From contig JAQBYT010000003.1 in NCBI GenBank assembly GCA_027622665.1, forward strand, positions 64,001-128,000: DNA of 64,000 nt. Direction: 5' to 3'. Position 1 is the first letter of the stretch. Every line of letters starts with the position of its first letter. A model generated the notes under the pieces. It was not told the DNA's origin and did no database searches. It saw nothing but the letters and a program-made list of their open reading frames with translations. Source of the DNA: Verrucomicrobiota bacterium (GTDB lineage: Bacteria > Verrucomicrobiota > Verrucomicrobiia > Opitutales > Seribacteraceae). Of the stretch, positions 32,073 through 40,957 are shown in pieces. Both the position numbers and the translations under genes were made by a program.

Positions 32073-33248
32073 TCAAACAACGGTGGCCAGTTCGGGCAAC
32101 TCTGATGCTATGGCATCGGCGAGAATCCGACCTGCGTCGAGCAAACGGTATCGCTCCCCCGCTCTTTCCGCCAATCCTTCGTCCTCAAAACGTTGAAAAA
32201 ACAGGCGCAAAGGATCAAAGGCAGAGGACGGGACTGAAAACCTGTGCCCAATCTCGGCAAAATCGAAACCAGCGTTGAGCCGAAGCCCGAATAGCACGGA
32301 ATCGTAGGCAAGGCTTCTGTCGGAAAGCGCTTCGACGTCCTCAACCGGGGAAGCATTGTTTTCTTCGAGAGAGTGGCCCCATGCCTCGAGGTTGGAAACA
32401 TTGCGGTAACGTTTGCCGCCGAATTGAGAAGCGGCAGAAGGTCCATAACCCAGCCACTCGTTCATTCGCCAAGTATTGAGGTTGTGAAGAGATTCCATGC
32501 CTGGCCGGGCGAAATTGGAAATCTCGTACTGGTCGTAACCACGGCTAGGCAGGTATTCCCACGCCAATTCGTAAAAAGCAGCCTCCCTCTCGGGGTCTAT
32601 GCTCAGTTCGCCCTTGGCCAAGCGCGCGTACAAAGCCGTGTCCTCCTCAAATGTGAGACAGTAAGTGGAAATGTGGTCGGGACTCAGTTCAATGGCCCGG
32701 CTAAGATCGCCTTCCCATTGCTCAATGGTTTGCCCAGGAGCACCGAAGATAAGATCCAAGTTGACGGATTCGAACCCCATGTCTCGAATCAAATCGTAAG
32801 CGGACAGAACTTTTTCAGGAGGATGCCGGCGACCCATTTCGCCAAGAAGTTCAGTATCGAAGGTTTGTACCCCCAATGAGACTCGGGTTACGCCCCCGGC
32901 CTTGAGTGCCCCCAGCTTTTCCGGAGTTACTTCATTAGGCGCTAATTCCACGCTCCATTCCTTCACCTCGTCGCCGGACTTTCCTCCCACAATTTCGCAC
33001 AACTCGAAAAGTTGATCGGGCGAAAGCACTCCTGGCGTCCCTCCCCCGATGAAAATCGTCTCCACGGAACGAGGTGGCACAATCCGCATAAACTCTCGCC
33101 TTAACCAAATTATGTAACTTTTGATTGAGTTTTTTCTTGGTTTCTCTTGGTAGAACGCGCAAAAGTCACATGTGGACGAGCAGAACGGCACGTGGACGTA
33201 TAAGCCCAGCGAGTTTTGCTCTGCCTTGTTTTTACCTTGAACGTTCAT
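32073..33248 (-). CDS. hemW: Radical SAM heme chaperone HemW (HemN-like)
   Basis: Motifs LYVHVPFCSSTCDFC, GGGTP, YEISNFA and HNL. Confidence 0.9.
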   Translation of the reverse strand: MNVQGKNKAEQNSLGLYVHVPFCSSTCDFCAFYQEKPRKNSIKSYIIWLRREFMRIVPPRSVETIFIGGGTPGVLSPDQLFELCEIVGGKSGDEVKEWSVELAPNEVTPEKLGALKAGGVTRVSLGVQTFDTELLGEMGRRHPPEKVLSAYDLIRDMGFESVNLDLIFGAPGQTIEQWEGDLSRAIELSPDHISTYCLTFEEDTALYARLAKGELSIDPEREAAFYELAWEYLPSRGYDQYEISNFARPGMESLHNLNTWRMNEWLGYGPSAASQFGGKRYRNVSNLEAWGHSLEENNASPVEDVEALSDRSLAYDSVLFGLRLNAGFDFAEIGHRFSVPSSAFDPLRLFFQRFEDEGLAERAGERYRLLDAGRILADAIASELPELATVV

Positions 33249-33284
33249 GCCAAATTCACAGACCAAGAAATCATAAACCTCTTA

Positions 33285-34190
33285 ATGACGATGCAACGCC
33301 TATCTCTCAAGTCTTTCATGCTCGCAACCGCTTTTCTCTGGTTAGCTGGTTGCAACAAGCCAAGTTTCATAAACCTCACGTCGGGGAACCTGAACCAGAA
33401 TCCATCCGGCATCTACACCCTGCAGACCGAGATCGACCTGCAGGATCGGAACATCGTCGAAGGTTCCGTCGAGGTCTTCGCCGTAATCGGCGGACAAGAG
33501 GTGTCGATGGTTACCGATCAATTGAACAATAGGATATGGAGTTGCGACTACAAACTTCCCGCTGGTTACGATGAGGCGGCTTATTACTTCCGAGCGGATT
33601 ATAAGGTAAACACAAACGGATCGACTCCTAAAAAGGAAAAGAAGAGCAAGTTGCAGCGCTTTAGCTTGGAGAACCGCTATGTCGGCAACCTCGCCAGCTA
33701 TCGGGCTCCCGTCGGTTCCGAGATCGCGGTACAGGGACGCGGTTTCACTCGGCACGACAATGTTCGCTTCGGTGGCCAAGCTACCCAAACCAAATACCTT
33801 TCGGAAAATGAAATTCGATTCGTGGTTCCCGCCCTGCCCGCCGGAGTGGACTATCCCGTGCAGTTAATCGGTGGTCCCTACGGCAGCTTCGACGTGGGAG
33901 ATTTCCGCATCGACGAAAGCTCCTTGAGCGTGTCACCGCAAAGCATTGAAATTTCTTCCGGGGAAAGCGAAATACTGCTCTTCAAGATAGACTTCGAGGC
34001 CCCTGCGGGCGGATTGCCCGTCCAAGTCGAGACCGATGTGCCCGCCTCCGTCATCATGCCCGAGGCTCGCATCCAATCAGGCACCCGCACCGCCACAATC
34101 CCCGTAAAGGGAGGGCAACCGGGGTCGGGCAACCTCTTCATTAAGGTACTTGGTCTCAAGGAAGTCACCGTACCGATAAAGGTGCTCTAG
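33285..34190 (+). CDS. IPT/TIG-domain lipoprotein
   Basis: Lipobox LAGC and TIG-like segment PVGSEIAVQGRGF...VRFGG...IRFVVP. Confidence 0.75.
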   Translation: MTMQRLSLKSFMLATAFLWLAGCNKPSFINLTSGNLNQNPSGIYTLQTEIDLQDRNIVEGSVEVFAVIGGQEVSMVTDQLNNRIWSCDYKLPAGYDEAAYYFRADYKVNTNGSTPKKEKKSKLQRFSLENRYVGNLASYRAPVGSEIAVQGRGFTRHDNVRFGGQATQTKYLSENEIRFVVPALPAGVDYPVQLIGGPYGSFDVGDFRIDESSLSVSPQSIEISSGESEILLFKIDFEAPAGGLPVQVETDVPASVIMPEARIQSGTRTATIPVKGGQPGSGNLFIKVLGLKEVTVPIKVL

Positions 34191-34276
34191 TTTACTCCGT
34201 CGGCATCGCCTTGCTCAGAGGTGGACGGCTTGACTTTCAAGGGCATCATACGGTAGAAGGAGTCCTACAAACAAAG

Positions 34277-34352
34277 GCCACCTTAGCTCAGTTGGTAGAG
34301 CAGGGGTTTTGTAAACCTCAGGTCGTCGGTTCGAGTCCGACAGGTGGCTCCA
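34277..34352 (+). tRNA. tRNA-Thr(TGT)
   Basis: 76-nt cloverleaf GCCACC...GGTGGC-T-CCA with anticodon loop TTTGTAA and a GTTCGAGTC T-loop. Confidence 0.97.
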
Positions 34353-34358
34353 TCTTCA

Positions 34359-34448
34359 GGAAGGGTGGCAGAGTGGTCTAATGCGGCGGTCTTGAAAACC
34401 GCTGAGCCGGAAACGGTTCCGGGGGTTCGAATCCCTCCCCTTCCGCCA
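34359..34448 (+). tRNA. tRNA-Ser(TGA)
   Basis: 90 nt, acceptor stem GGAAGGG/CCCTTCC, anticodon loop CTTGAAA, long variable arm and encoded CCA. Confidence 0.97.
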
Positions 34449-34539
34449 TCAATACCGGGACTTAAGAAAATCTAATCCCTCGGTCATCCAAATGGATTTT
34501 GCAAAATAATGCTCATCATTGAGATAAAATGAGAGAATT

Positions 34540-34559
34540 CTGTCCGAAACTGTCCGAAA
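34540..34559. repeat. Tandem 10-bp direct repeat CTGTCCGAAA x2 (possible integrase arm-type sites)
   Basis: An exact repeat about 90 bp downstream of tRNA-Ser in AT-rich DNA. The function is inferred. Confidence 0.6.
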
Positions 34560-34795
34560 ACAAATAAGGGCAAGAAGGGAAATCTATCCCCCGAAAGTTT
34601 AATCATTAGATTTAAATCCAATTAAGATCCTTCCTCGGACCAACACAGCTTAATTCTCTTATTGGGAAGAAGCGTATTTTAGCCTTTATCGCGGCAATGC
34701 CGGCAAAGCCCGAAAAAAAGCGCCGCTTTGTTCGGCTCCGGTCGCTCCCCGCGCAGGCTCCGCTCTGCTCGGCGGCTCCCTCCGTTCTCACTCCG

Positions 34796-34936
34796 CTACT
34801 GGCTGGTCGGTCGGAGACTGAGGCGGAAGCCCAGGAAGTTGATGCTGAAGGCGGGCCCGTCCCTGCTCCGATCCGCGGAACGGGCGGAGTACGCCGAGAA
34901 GTACCAGGAACCACCGCGTAAGACGCGGATGGAGCC
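34796..34936 (-). other. Putative DGR variable region (VR)
   Basis: Codons for conserved residues are adenine-free, and the interspersed variable codons are mostly NNC, consistent with A-to-N mutagenesis of AAC. Confidence 0.65.
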
Positions 34937-35749
34937 ATCCGCAGGACCGACAGGATCACGCACTGCACCGGCCGGGTAATCGCCATACCAGTCCGCGCAC
35001 CATTCCCATACGTTGCCATGCATGTCGTGGAAGCCCCAAGCGTTCGCAGGATACTTGCCCACGTCCGTGGTCTCGTCGGGACGAGCAAGACTTGCGTTAA
35101 TATTCGCCTGTCCGGAAGTCAGGCTGTCTCCGAAAGTATAAGCCGTCTTAGTTTCTGCTCGGCAGGCATACTCCCACTGGGCCTCCGTGGGCAGTTGGTA
35201 AGACATCCCCGAAGGTAGGCGTCCCGCCTTGCGCTCCAGCTCAGTGAGCTTCTCACAAAAAGACGTTACCGCCGTCCAAGACACTCTCTCCACGGGGCGA
35301 TCCGCTCCATTGAAATGACTGGGGTTACTTCCCATCACCTTCTCCCACTCCGACTGAGTCACCTCGTGTTTGCCGAGGTAGAAACCTTGCGACAGCGTCA
35401 CAGTATGCGGGGTTTCGTCGTCCGCACGATTCTTCTCGGACGACCGACTACCCATCTCGAAAGTTCCCGGCTTCACCCACAGCATCTCCATGGACAGATC
35501 GGCTATGACGAAAGATGCGTTGGCCTCGAAGACCGATGTGGAAAGGTTCACAGGCGCGGGCGAAACCTTCTTGGGAGGTGTACGAGGTTTCGGACGAGGA
35601 GTTTCAGGGGCGGGAGCAGGCGAGGGTTCTCGAGAAGGTCCGGGGGCGGAAGTCGCCGTATCATCCTCCACGACTTTCGTAGTTTCTTCATCCTCCCCAC
35701 ACCCCGCCATCAGCAGGGCGACGAACATCGTAACAAGTAACTTCTTCAT
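34796..35749 (-). CDS. FGE-sulfatase/SUMF1-like (C-type lectin fold) lipoprotein, non-catalytic; candidate DGR target
   Basis: Lipobox MAGC, Pro-rich linker and motifs GTFEMGS, HEVTQ, LPTEAQWEYACRA, DMHGNVWEWC and RGGSW...LGFRL. The catalytic Cys pair of true FGE is absent. Confidence 0.92.
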   Translation of the reverse strand: MKKLLVTMFVALLMAGCGEDEETTKVVEDDTATSAPGPSREPSPAPAPETPRPKPRTPPKKVSPAPVNLSTSVFEANASFVIADLSMEMLWVKPGTFEMGSRSSEKNRADDETPHTVTLSQGFYLGKHEVTQSEWEKVMGSNPSHFNGADRPVERVSWTAVTSFCEKLTELERKAGRLPSGMSYQLPTEAQWEYACRAETKTAYTFGDSLTSGQANINASLARPDETTDVGKYPANAWGFHDMHGNVWEWCADWYGDYPAGAVRDPVGPADGSIRVLRGGSWYFSAYSARSADRSRDGPAFSINFLGFRLSLRPTSQ

Positions 35750-35906
35750 CTCGTTATTGTAGAGCTTTGCGATTGATTCGACTATTACAAGTTTCCGCTG
35801 ATTTTATAACAGGTATTGGGTACGGCTACGGCCAAGTTTTATCCGCACAACTCGAAGAGCAGGTAACAGCCGTAAAGGGACGCAATTTCCGGTTTCACCT
35901 CTAATC

Positions 35907-35931
35907 GAAAAGCCAAGGGGATTCGCTTTTC
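35907..35931. terminator. Hairpin downstream of the FlgN-like gene (possible terminator)
   Basis: GAAAAGC-N11-GCTTTTC immediately after the stop at 35932. Confidence 0.4.
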
Positions 35932-36408
35932 CTAAAGTCGACCCGGAGGTTCTGCCGGGGTTTCCGGTTCTGGCGGGGTTTCCGGTTCTGGCGGGGTTTC
36001 CGGTTCTGGCGGGGTTTCCGGCGGGGGTTCGGTTCCGCCTCGTCCGTGGAATTCGTCTATTTGGTCGGTTTCGGCAAATCGGTTGAATGATGCCCGCTCC
36101 AAGGGTTGAGAGAATTTGAGAAGTAATTCCTCGTTTTCCCTGTCTAGATAAAAAATCTGGAGGAGTTTGGAGTGGGACTCGTTGACGAGCTTCTTGGAGT
36201 CGTCGAAGGGGGAGAACAATTCGGGCTGCAGGCGCTTGAGGTTACTGAGGGACTCGTCGAGCTTGGGCAGGAGGGCTTTCTTACGTTCTATCAAGCTGTC
36301 ATCGGGAGCGGTCTTTTGGGTCTTGAGCCAAGTGTTTTCCTCAAGCAGCAGGGCGTGAACATCTTCACAAAGGCCAAGGTGTCGGACCAGTACATCGCAA
36401 GGTTCCAT
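35932..36408 (-). CDS. FlgN-like helical flagellar chaperone candidate with a Pro/Glu repeat tail
   Basis: About 100-aa helical domain (LLLEEN..L, ERKKALL..L, LDRENEELLL) resembling FlgN, followed by a (PPEPET)n tail. Confidence 0.55.
   Translation of the reverse strand: MEPCDVLVRHLGLCEDVHALLLEENTWLKTQKTAPDDSLIERKKALLPKLDESLSNLKRLQPELFSPFDDSKKLVNESHSKLLQIFYLDRENEELLLKFSQPLERASFNRFAETDQIDEFHGRGGTEPPPETPPEPETPPEPETPPEPETPAEPPGRL
35948..36021. repeat. 18-bp tandem repeat GGTTCTGGCGGGGTTTCC x4 (encodes PEPETP)
   Basis: Four copies, one with a single mismatch. Confidence 0.95.
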
Positions 36409-36501
36409 TCCCAAATGGTGGCGAAACGGTAACGAACCGTCAAAGCTAGAATTTCGGGATTGGGAAAAACAATCAAAGCTTGGCGGGGACAGGCGGACGG
36501 T

Positions 36502-38496
36502 TTACCCCGACTTGACACCCAAACGATTGGCGGACTGCCTGATGCTGCGAGTGTCCTCCAATTGCTCCCGGCGCCACTTGGCCATGCCGAAAACATACTT
36601 GAGGTATTTGTTTTCGATAACGCGTTTGGCGGCGGTCGCGCTCCCTTGGTTAACTTCGTCGCGAACCTCTTGATAGGTTTCGACTGCTTGTATGTATAGA
36701 CCAAGCTTTTCCTGGCAGAGAGCAATTTGATAAAGAACGGGGACTCGCCAGTCCGGCGACATGTCGATTTCACGCATAGCCTCGTAAACTCGAAGCGAGG
36801 AATGAGAATCACCTTCCTCGAAAAACTTGTTTGCCAAATAGTTGCCGGTTTTCTTCTTCCAGTAAATCCAGAGTCCCTTCATGCGGGCAAGTTCGTTGTA
36901 ATCCAAATCCTTGGCTGGTTTGCTTCTGACCTCCTGCTCAATTTCTTCAGGTCGGAAGGGGGCGCCTTCCAATAGGGCAAGGAGTTCGACAATCGCCATC
37001 TTGCGCGCATCGAGCTTATCGTAGGTAAGGGCGAGCAGATAGCGAGCCTCAGGAACGTACTGGCTCCGGGGAAAGCTCTCCGAGAAGCCGCGGAGGTCCA
37101 GCTTAACTTGCGTGAAATCTGCCTTGGGCAAGTTCTCCAACTTGGATTGACGCGGCTTCGAAGAATCCGCCGACATTTGTTCCTCTAGCTTTATATTTTC
37201 TCGCGCTCTCCGATAATGCGAAAGAGCGTGCTTGAAAAGAACCTCGGCCCTATCGCTTTCATCCATGTCTTCTACGCGAATTATGCGGCCATAAAACTTG
37301 ATTGCCCCATCGTAATCCTCGGCGTCGAGGTAAGTTGCGGCAATCTCGATCATCGCTTGCTTGGCCACGGCATCGTGGCGAGTTTGGCGGGAAGAGTAAT
37401 CTTTATCGATATTACCCGAAGGAACCTCCGCCAAAACCATGGTGGAGTTCATGGCATCGTAAAACTTGTTACTTGCCATTTGATGCGCTCCCAATTTCCG
37501 ATAGATTTTCCCAAGTCGGAAATGAGTCTCGGGAATGGTGGGAGCACCGCGTTTGACTCCTCTTACCCATGCCCCGCTGTCTCCGAGATCGGATCGCAGT
37601 TCGGAAATCCCCGGAGCCGACATGTATTCCTCAAAGGGGTATTTTTCGTCGGAAGCAAATTCCTCGAGAAAGCGCTCATAGGTTTTTGCGGCATCGACCC
37701 ATGCACCATTGCGTTCGTGCATGCGTAGGAGCGAAATTAATATGTCGCGACGGTAGCGCTTGTAGTTAGGAAGGTTAAGACGCCCAAGAACACGATTACA
37801 GTAGGCAGTGGCTTTAAAAACGGAACGGGTGACGTAAGGATTGCCGGTGCCACCCGAGGCCTTTTTCGTTTCCGAGATGGCCTCTTCGATTTTTTGTTGC
37901 AGCTCCTCGTCCACTTCGTCGCCAAGGACTAAGTAGGGTTCCACGTCGATTTCGAGTTCCGGTTGAGCATTCTGCTGCTCGTAGAGATTAGGTGTTTCAA
38001 TGATTTGGTCGCCGGATTCAACACCTGACGGAGATGAGCTCGGTTCCGATGCAAGCAACGATGACTCGGAAAGGTCGGGCTTGCCATTAGGATCGCGCAG
38101 GAGCTTGGCTTTGTTGGGTTCACCGAAGGGGTCGACCCGTTCGAGAAGTTGCTCCAACGTAAAGTCCTGAAAATTTTCTGGGGATGATTCGGAACCGCCT
38201 CCAGTTCCACCTACGATGGGTTTGGCAGGGTCATTAATGAGATTGGAAGGTTTCAACGCCTTGTCATAACGGAAGGAACCTATGTCTTTATCATTTGGCT
38301 GGGGGGGTTGCTGTGCAACCGGAGAAGGCGACGGCGTGGACAGTAGCACTCGATCAAAGCCTTGTATGAGCTTATCTACGTCCTTAAGCACTTCTTCGAT
38401 TGGCTGAAGGGTAGCGGAATTTTGCCCGTATAACGAAACGCCGAAGCAGATTAGAATTAAATGAAAAAAGTGAAATGGAGTTTTCAGCGTGTGCAT
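36502..38496 (-). CDS. Secreted tetratricopeptide-repeat protein
   Basis: Signal peptide and TPR-like helices (THFRLGKIY, ARYLLALTY, VLYQIALCQEKLG). Confidence 0.8.
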   Translation of the reverse strand: MHTLKTPFHFFHLILICFGVSLYGQNSATLQPIEEVLKDVDKLIQGFDRVLLSTPSPSPVAQQPPQPNDKDIGSFRYDKALKPSNLINDPAKPIVGGTGGGSESSPENFQDFTLEQLLERVDPFGEPNKAKLLRDPNGKPDLSESSLLASEPSSSPSGVESGDQIIETPNLYEQQNAQPELEIDVEPYLVLGDEVDEELQQKIEEAISETKKASGGTGNPYVTRSVFKATAYCNRVLGRLNLPNYKRYRRDILISLLRMHERNGAWVDAAKTYERFLEEFASDEKYPFEEYMSAPGISELRSDLGDSGAWVRGVKRGAPTIPETHFRLGKIYRKLGAHQMASNKFYDAMNSTMVLAEVPSGNIDKDYSSRQTRHDAVAKQAMIEIAATYLDAEDYDGAIKFYGRIIRVEDMDESDRAEVLFKHALSHYRRARENIKLEEQMSADSSKPRQSKLENLPKADFTQVKLDLRGFSESFPRSQYVPEARYLLALTYDKLDARKMAIVELLALLEGAPFRPEEIEQEVRSKPAKDLDYNELARMKGLWIYWKKKTGNYLANKFFEEGDSHSSLRVYEAMREIDMSPDWRVPVLYQIALCQEKLGLYIQAVETYQEVRDEVNQGSATAAKRVIENKYLKYVFGMAKWRREQLEDTRSIRQSANRLGVKSG

Positions 38497-38509
38497 CGTG
38501 GATAATTAA

Positions 38510-39064
38510 TTATTGTCTCGGTCGTCTAATATACTTGGCTTCCGATCTAATTTCAAGGTTTGCGGGAGCCGCGGAATAAGGTGGAATGAAAGGGAGAAAG
38601 TCCGGCATGCCCGAACCGCGTTTGATTTGTTCTCGTTGTTCTCGTTCGAGGACTTCAATCAAGTCGTCTGTCGAAGGTTCGCGATTAGCCGGGATGTCAA
38701 AAGGATCCGAGGGAGGTAAGATGACGGGAAACGTCACGACTACGGGTGGACTCACTTCAGGCAAGGTGGTCTTGGACTCTTCAACGGAAGATGGCTCGGG
38801 AGTGATGGGAGGCAAAGAAGCGATGGTCGCATTGGATTCAATCGACAGGACGGGCAGGAAAAGTAGATTGTACCGATCTGCCGGAATGGCTTTCGGCACT
38901 CGGAGAGCGAGCGCCGGAGGACGGAAATATTTGAGGTAACCGTCTTGCTTCGGTTCAGGTGCGTCAAAACGCTTCAAGATGGATCCGGAGACCGAAAAAG
39001 CGACCGTCAAAAAGAACAGGGCGAACACGTGCGGAGTCAAATTGGAGTAGTTCATAATTGGCAT
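38510..39064 (-). CDS. Hypothetical secreted Pro-rich protein
   Basis: Hydrophobic signal segment and Pro-rich body; lies in an apparent operon with the TPR gene. Confidence 0.65.
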   Translation of the reverse strand: MPIMNYSNLTPHVFALFFLTVAFSVSGSILKRFDAPEPKQDGYLKYFRPPALALRVPKAIPADRYNLLFLPVLSIESNATIASLPPITPEPSSVEESKTTLPEVSPPVVVTFPVILPPSDPFDIPANREPSTDDLIEVLEREQREQIKRGSGMPDFLPFIPPYSAAPANLEIRSEAKYIRRPRQ

Positions 39065-39110
39065 GAGTTTGGAATGCGTAATTAAACAATCGGCCGGACT
39101 TGGGAAAACT

Positions 39111-39689
39111 TTACTCTTTTTTTCCCGTGGCATGCCTCCATTCTTCCGGCAGGTCGGGTTGATGGGCTCGGTGAACAGCCAAAAGGTCCTCCATGTGATG
39201 AATGTCCAAGGGATGGATACGATCATCTTCAAAACGGGTTGCATTGATATCGAAAGGGTTACCGTAATTGAAGATTCGTTCACTGGTCAGGGCCCATACG
39301 GCATAAGGGACGGACAGTGCCTCACCCGTATCCTCCGCGAGCGCAACCGCCTTGGCCACCACTTCGGGCGAACATTCGGGGAAATTGCAATTATAGTTCA
39401 CATGAACATCGCAAGGGAAATGCTCGATGACGTGACGAAAGACTGGAATTGAAGCCACATCGTCTCCCGAGAGTTCAGGAGGTCGCCAAAGAATTTCAGC
39501 CTTCGAGTCCATGCAAGTCCTAGCTATTAATTCGCTGTCCGTGGAGAGCACGACTCGGTCGACGATCGGGCAACGCTCCAGAAACCTAACGGCCCGCAAC
39601 ACAAGAGGGACCCCCTTATAGGGAAGTAAGTTCTTGTAGGTCAGACGCTTACTACCAAGCCTAGCAATAACCGAACCAATAACTTTCAT
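39111..39689 (-). CDS. Acylneuraminate cytidylyltransferase family (NeuA/PseF-like)
   Basis: Motifs IARLGSKRLTYKNL, VLSTDS, RPPELSGD and LDIH..ED. Confidence 0.85.
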   Translation of the reverse strand: MKVIGSVIARLGSKRLTYKNLLPYKGVPLVLRAVRFLERCPIVDRVVLSTDSELIARTCMDSKAEILWRPPELSGDDVASIPVFRHVIEHFPCDVHVNYNCNFPECSPEVVAKAVALAEDTGEALSVPYAVWALTSERIFNYGNPFDINATRFEDDRIHPLDIHHMEDLLAVHRAHQPDLPEEWRHATGKKE

Positions 39690-39784
39690 ACCGTGCATAT
39701 TATGAACACTTCCGGCGGCAGGCAAGCTTTGCCTCAACTAAAAACAGCTTGAAATAAGGTCTTCACCTAGATTGCCTTATAAAC

Positions 39785-40957
39785 ATGTCGAAAGATATTC
39801 CATATTCTCGTCAGTGGATTGAAGATCAGGACATCCAATCCGTTGCCCAAGTCCTGCAATCGGACTATCTCACTCAGGGTCCTGCGGGCGAGGTTTTCGA
39901 ACGCTCGTTGGCCAGTTACTTCGGAGTCAAGCGGGCTGTAGTTTGCTCGACGGGCACAGCAGCCTTGCATTTAGCCTACGCGGGCATGGGCGTGAACGAA
40001 AAATCCCTTGGTCTTGTCCCTCCCATTACTTTCGCCGCCACAGCCAACGCCTTTCTTTTTCTCAACGCCGAGGTGGCTTTTTGCGACGTCGATCCGGTCA
40101 CGGGGCTTCTGGCCACCGAAAACCTCGAATCTGTAATGCAGGAAAGCTCATTCGACAGTTCTGCCGTAAATCTTGTGGCTCCGGTTTCTTTTGCAGGCGC
40201 CCTCGCCCCTCTTGGGGAATCGGCGAAGATTGCTCAAAGATTCGGTTTCTCGCTCGTGGAGGACGCCGCTCACTCCCCCGGAGCTTGGAACGAAGACGGC
40301 GGGACTCGCGAACGCAGTGGAGCCTGCGACCATACGCAAGCGGCCATACTAAGCTTTCATCCGGTGAAACACATATGCTGCGGCGAGGGGGGAGCAGTCC
40401 TCACCAACGACGAGGAACTTGCCGACCGCATCACCCATCTCCGCAGCCATGGCATTGCTCGCCCGAACGATCCCGACGGGACAAGACCGTGGTTCTACGA
40501 ACAAACCGAACTAGGCTGGAACTATCGTCTCACGGATATCCAGTCCGCCTTGGGCATTTCCCAGTTGGCTCGCCTCGACCAATTTCTTGAACGCCGCAGG
40601 GTTCTAGCCTCACGATACCAAAATGCTTTGTCCACTGTGCCATTTTCGGATATTTGCTCACTGCCTCTCGCTAATCCCGGTCACGCTTGGCACCTCTATG
40701 TCATTCGCTTTCACAAAACCGGTCAACGCGACAAAGCTCACCTATTTCTGAAGGAACGCGGAATACACACGCAAATCCACTACGTACCCATCTATCGACA
40801 CCCTTACTACGAAAGACATTTCGGAAAAATTCGCTTACCGGGTGCGGAAAAATTCTATGAAAGTTGCTTGAGCATTCCTCTTTTCCCAAAGATGACCGAC
40901 TCCGAGCAAGACCGAGTAATCGAAACCCTCGCCAACTACGCGGAGCAAGCTACATGA
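39785..40957 (+). CDS. pseC: PseC-like UDP-4-amino-4,6-dideoxy-HexNAc transaminase (DegT family)
   Basis: Motifs IPYSRQWI, LQSDYLTQGP, EDAAHS, SFHPVKHI..GEGG and LGWNYRLTDIQ. Confidence 0.85.
   Translation: MSKDIPYSRQWIEDQDIQSVAQVLQSDYLTQGPAGEVFERSLASYFGVKRAVVCSTGTAALHLAYAGMGVNEKSLGLVPPITFAATANAFLFLNAEVAFCDVDPVTGLLATENLESVMQESSFDSSAVNLVAPVSFAGALAPLGESAKIAQRFGFSLVEDAAHSPGAWNEDGGTRERSGACDHTQAAILSFHPVKHICCGEGGAVLTNDEELADRITHLRSHGIARPNDPDGTRPWFYEQTELGWNYRLTDIQSALGISQLARLDQFLERRRVLASRYQNALSTVPFSDICSLPLANPGHAWHLYVIRFHKTGQRDKAHLFLKERGIHTQIHYVPIYRHPYYERHFGKIRLPGAEKFYESCLSIPLFPKMTDSEQDRVIETLANYAEQAT

Noticed and set aside
34612..35088. 158-aa alternative-frame ORF over the FGE-fold gene end, considered as an Avd or TR-encoded product
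   Set aside because: It overlaps the real CDS on the same strand in another frame and has no Avd-like features.
34796..35749. True formylglycine-generating enzyme maturing the sulfatase at 10501
   Set aside because: The catalytic Cys pair after RGGS is absent and the protein is a lipoprotein, which fits a binding CLec-fold role.
35948..36021. CRISPR array
   Set aside because: The repeats are contiguous with no spacers, are in frame within a CDS, and no cas genes are present.
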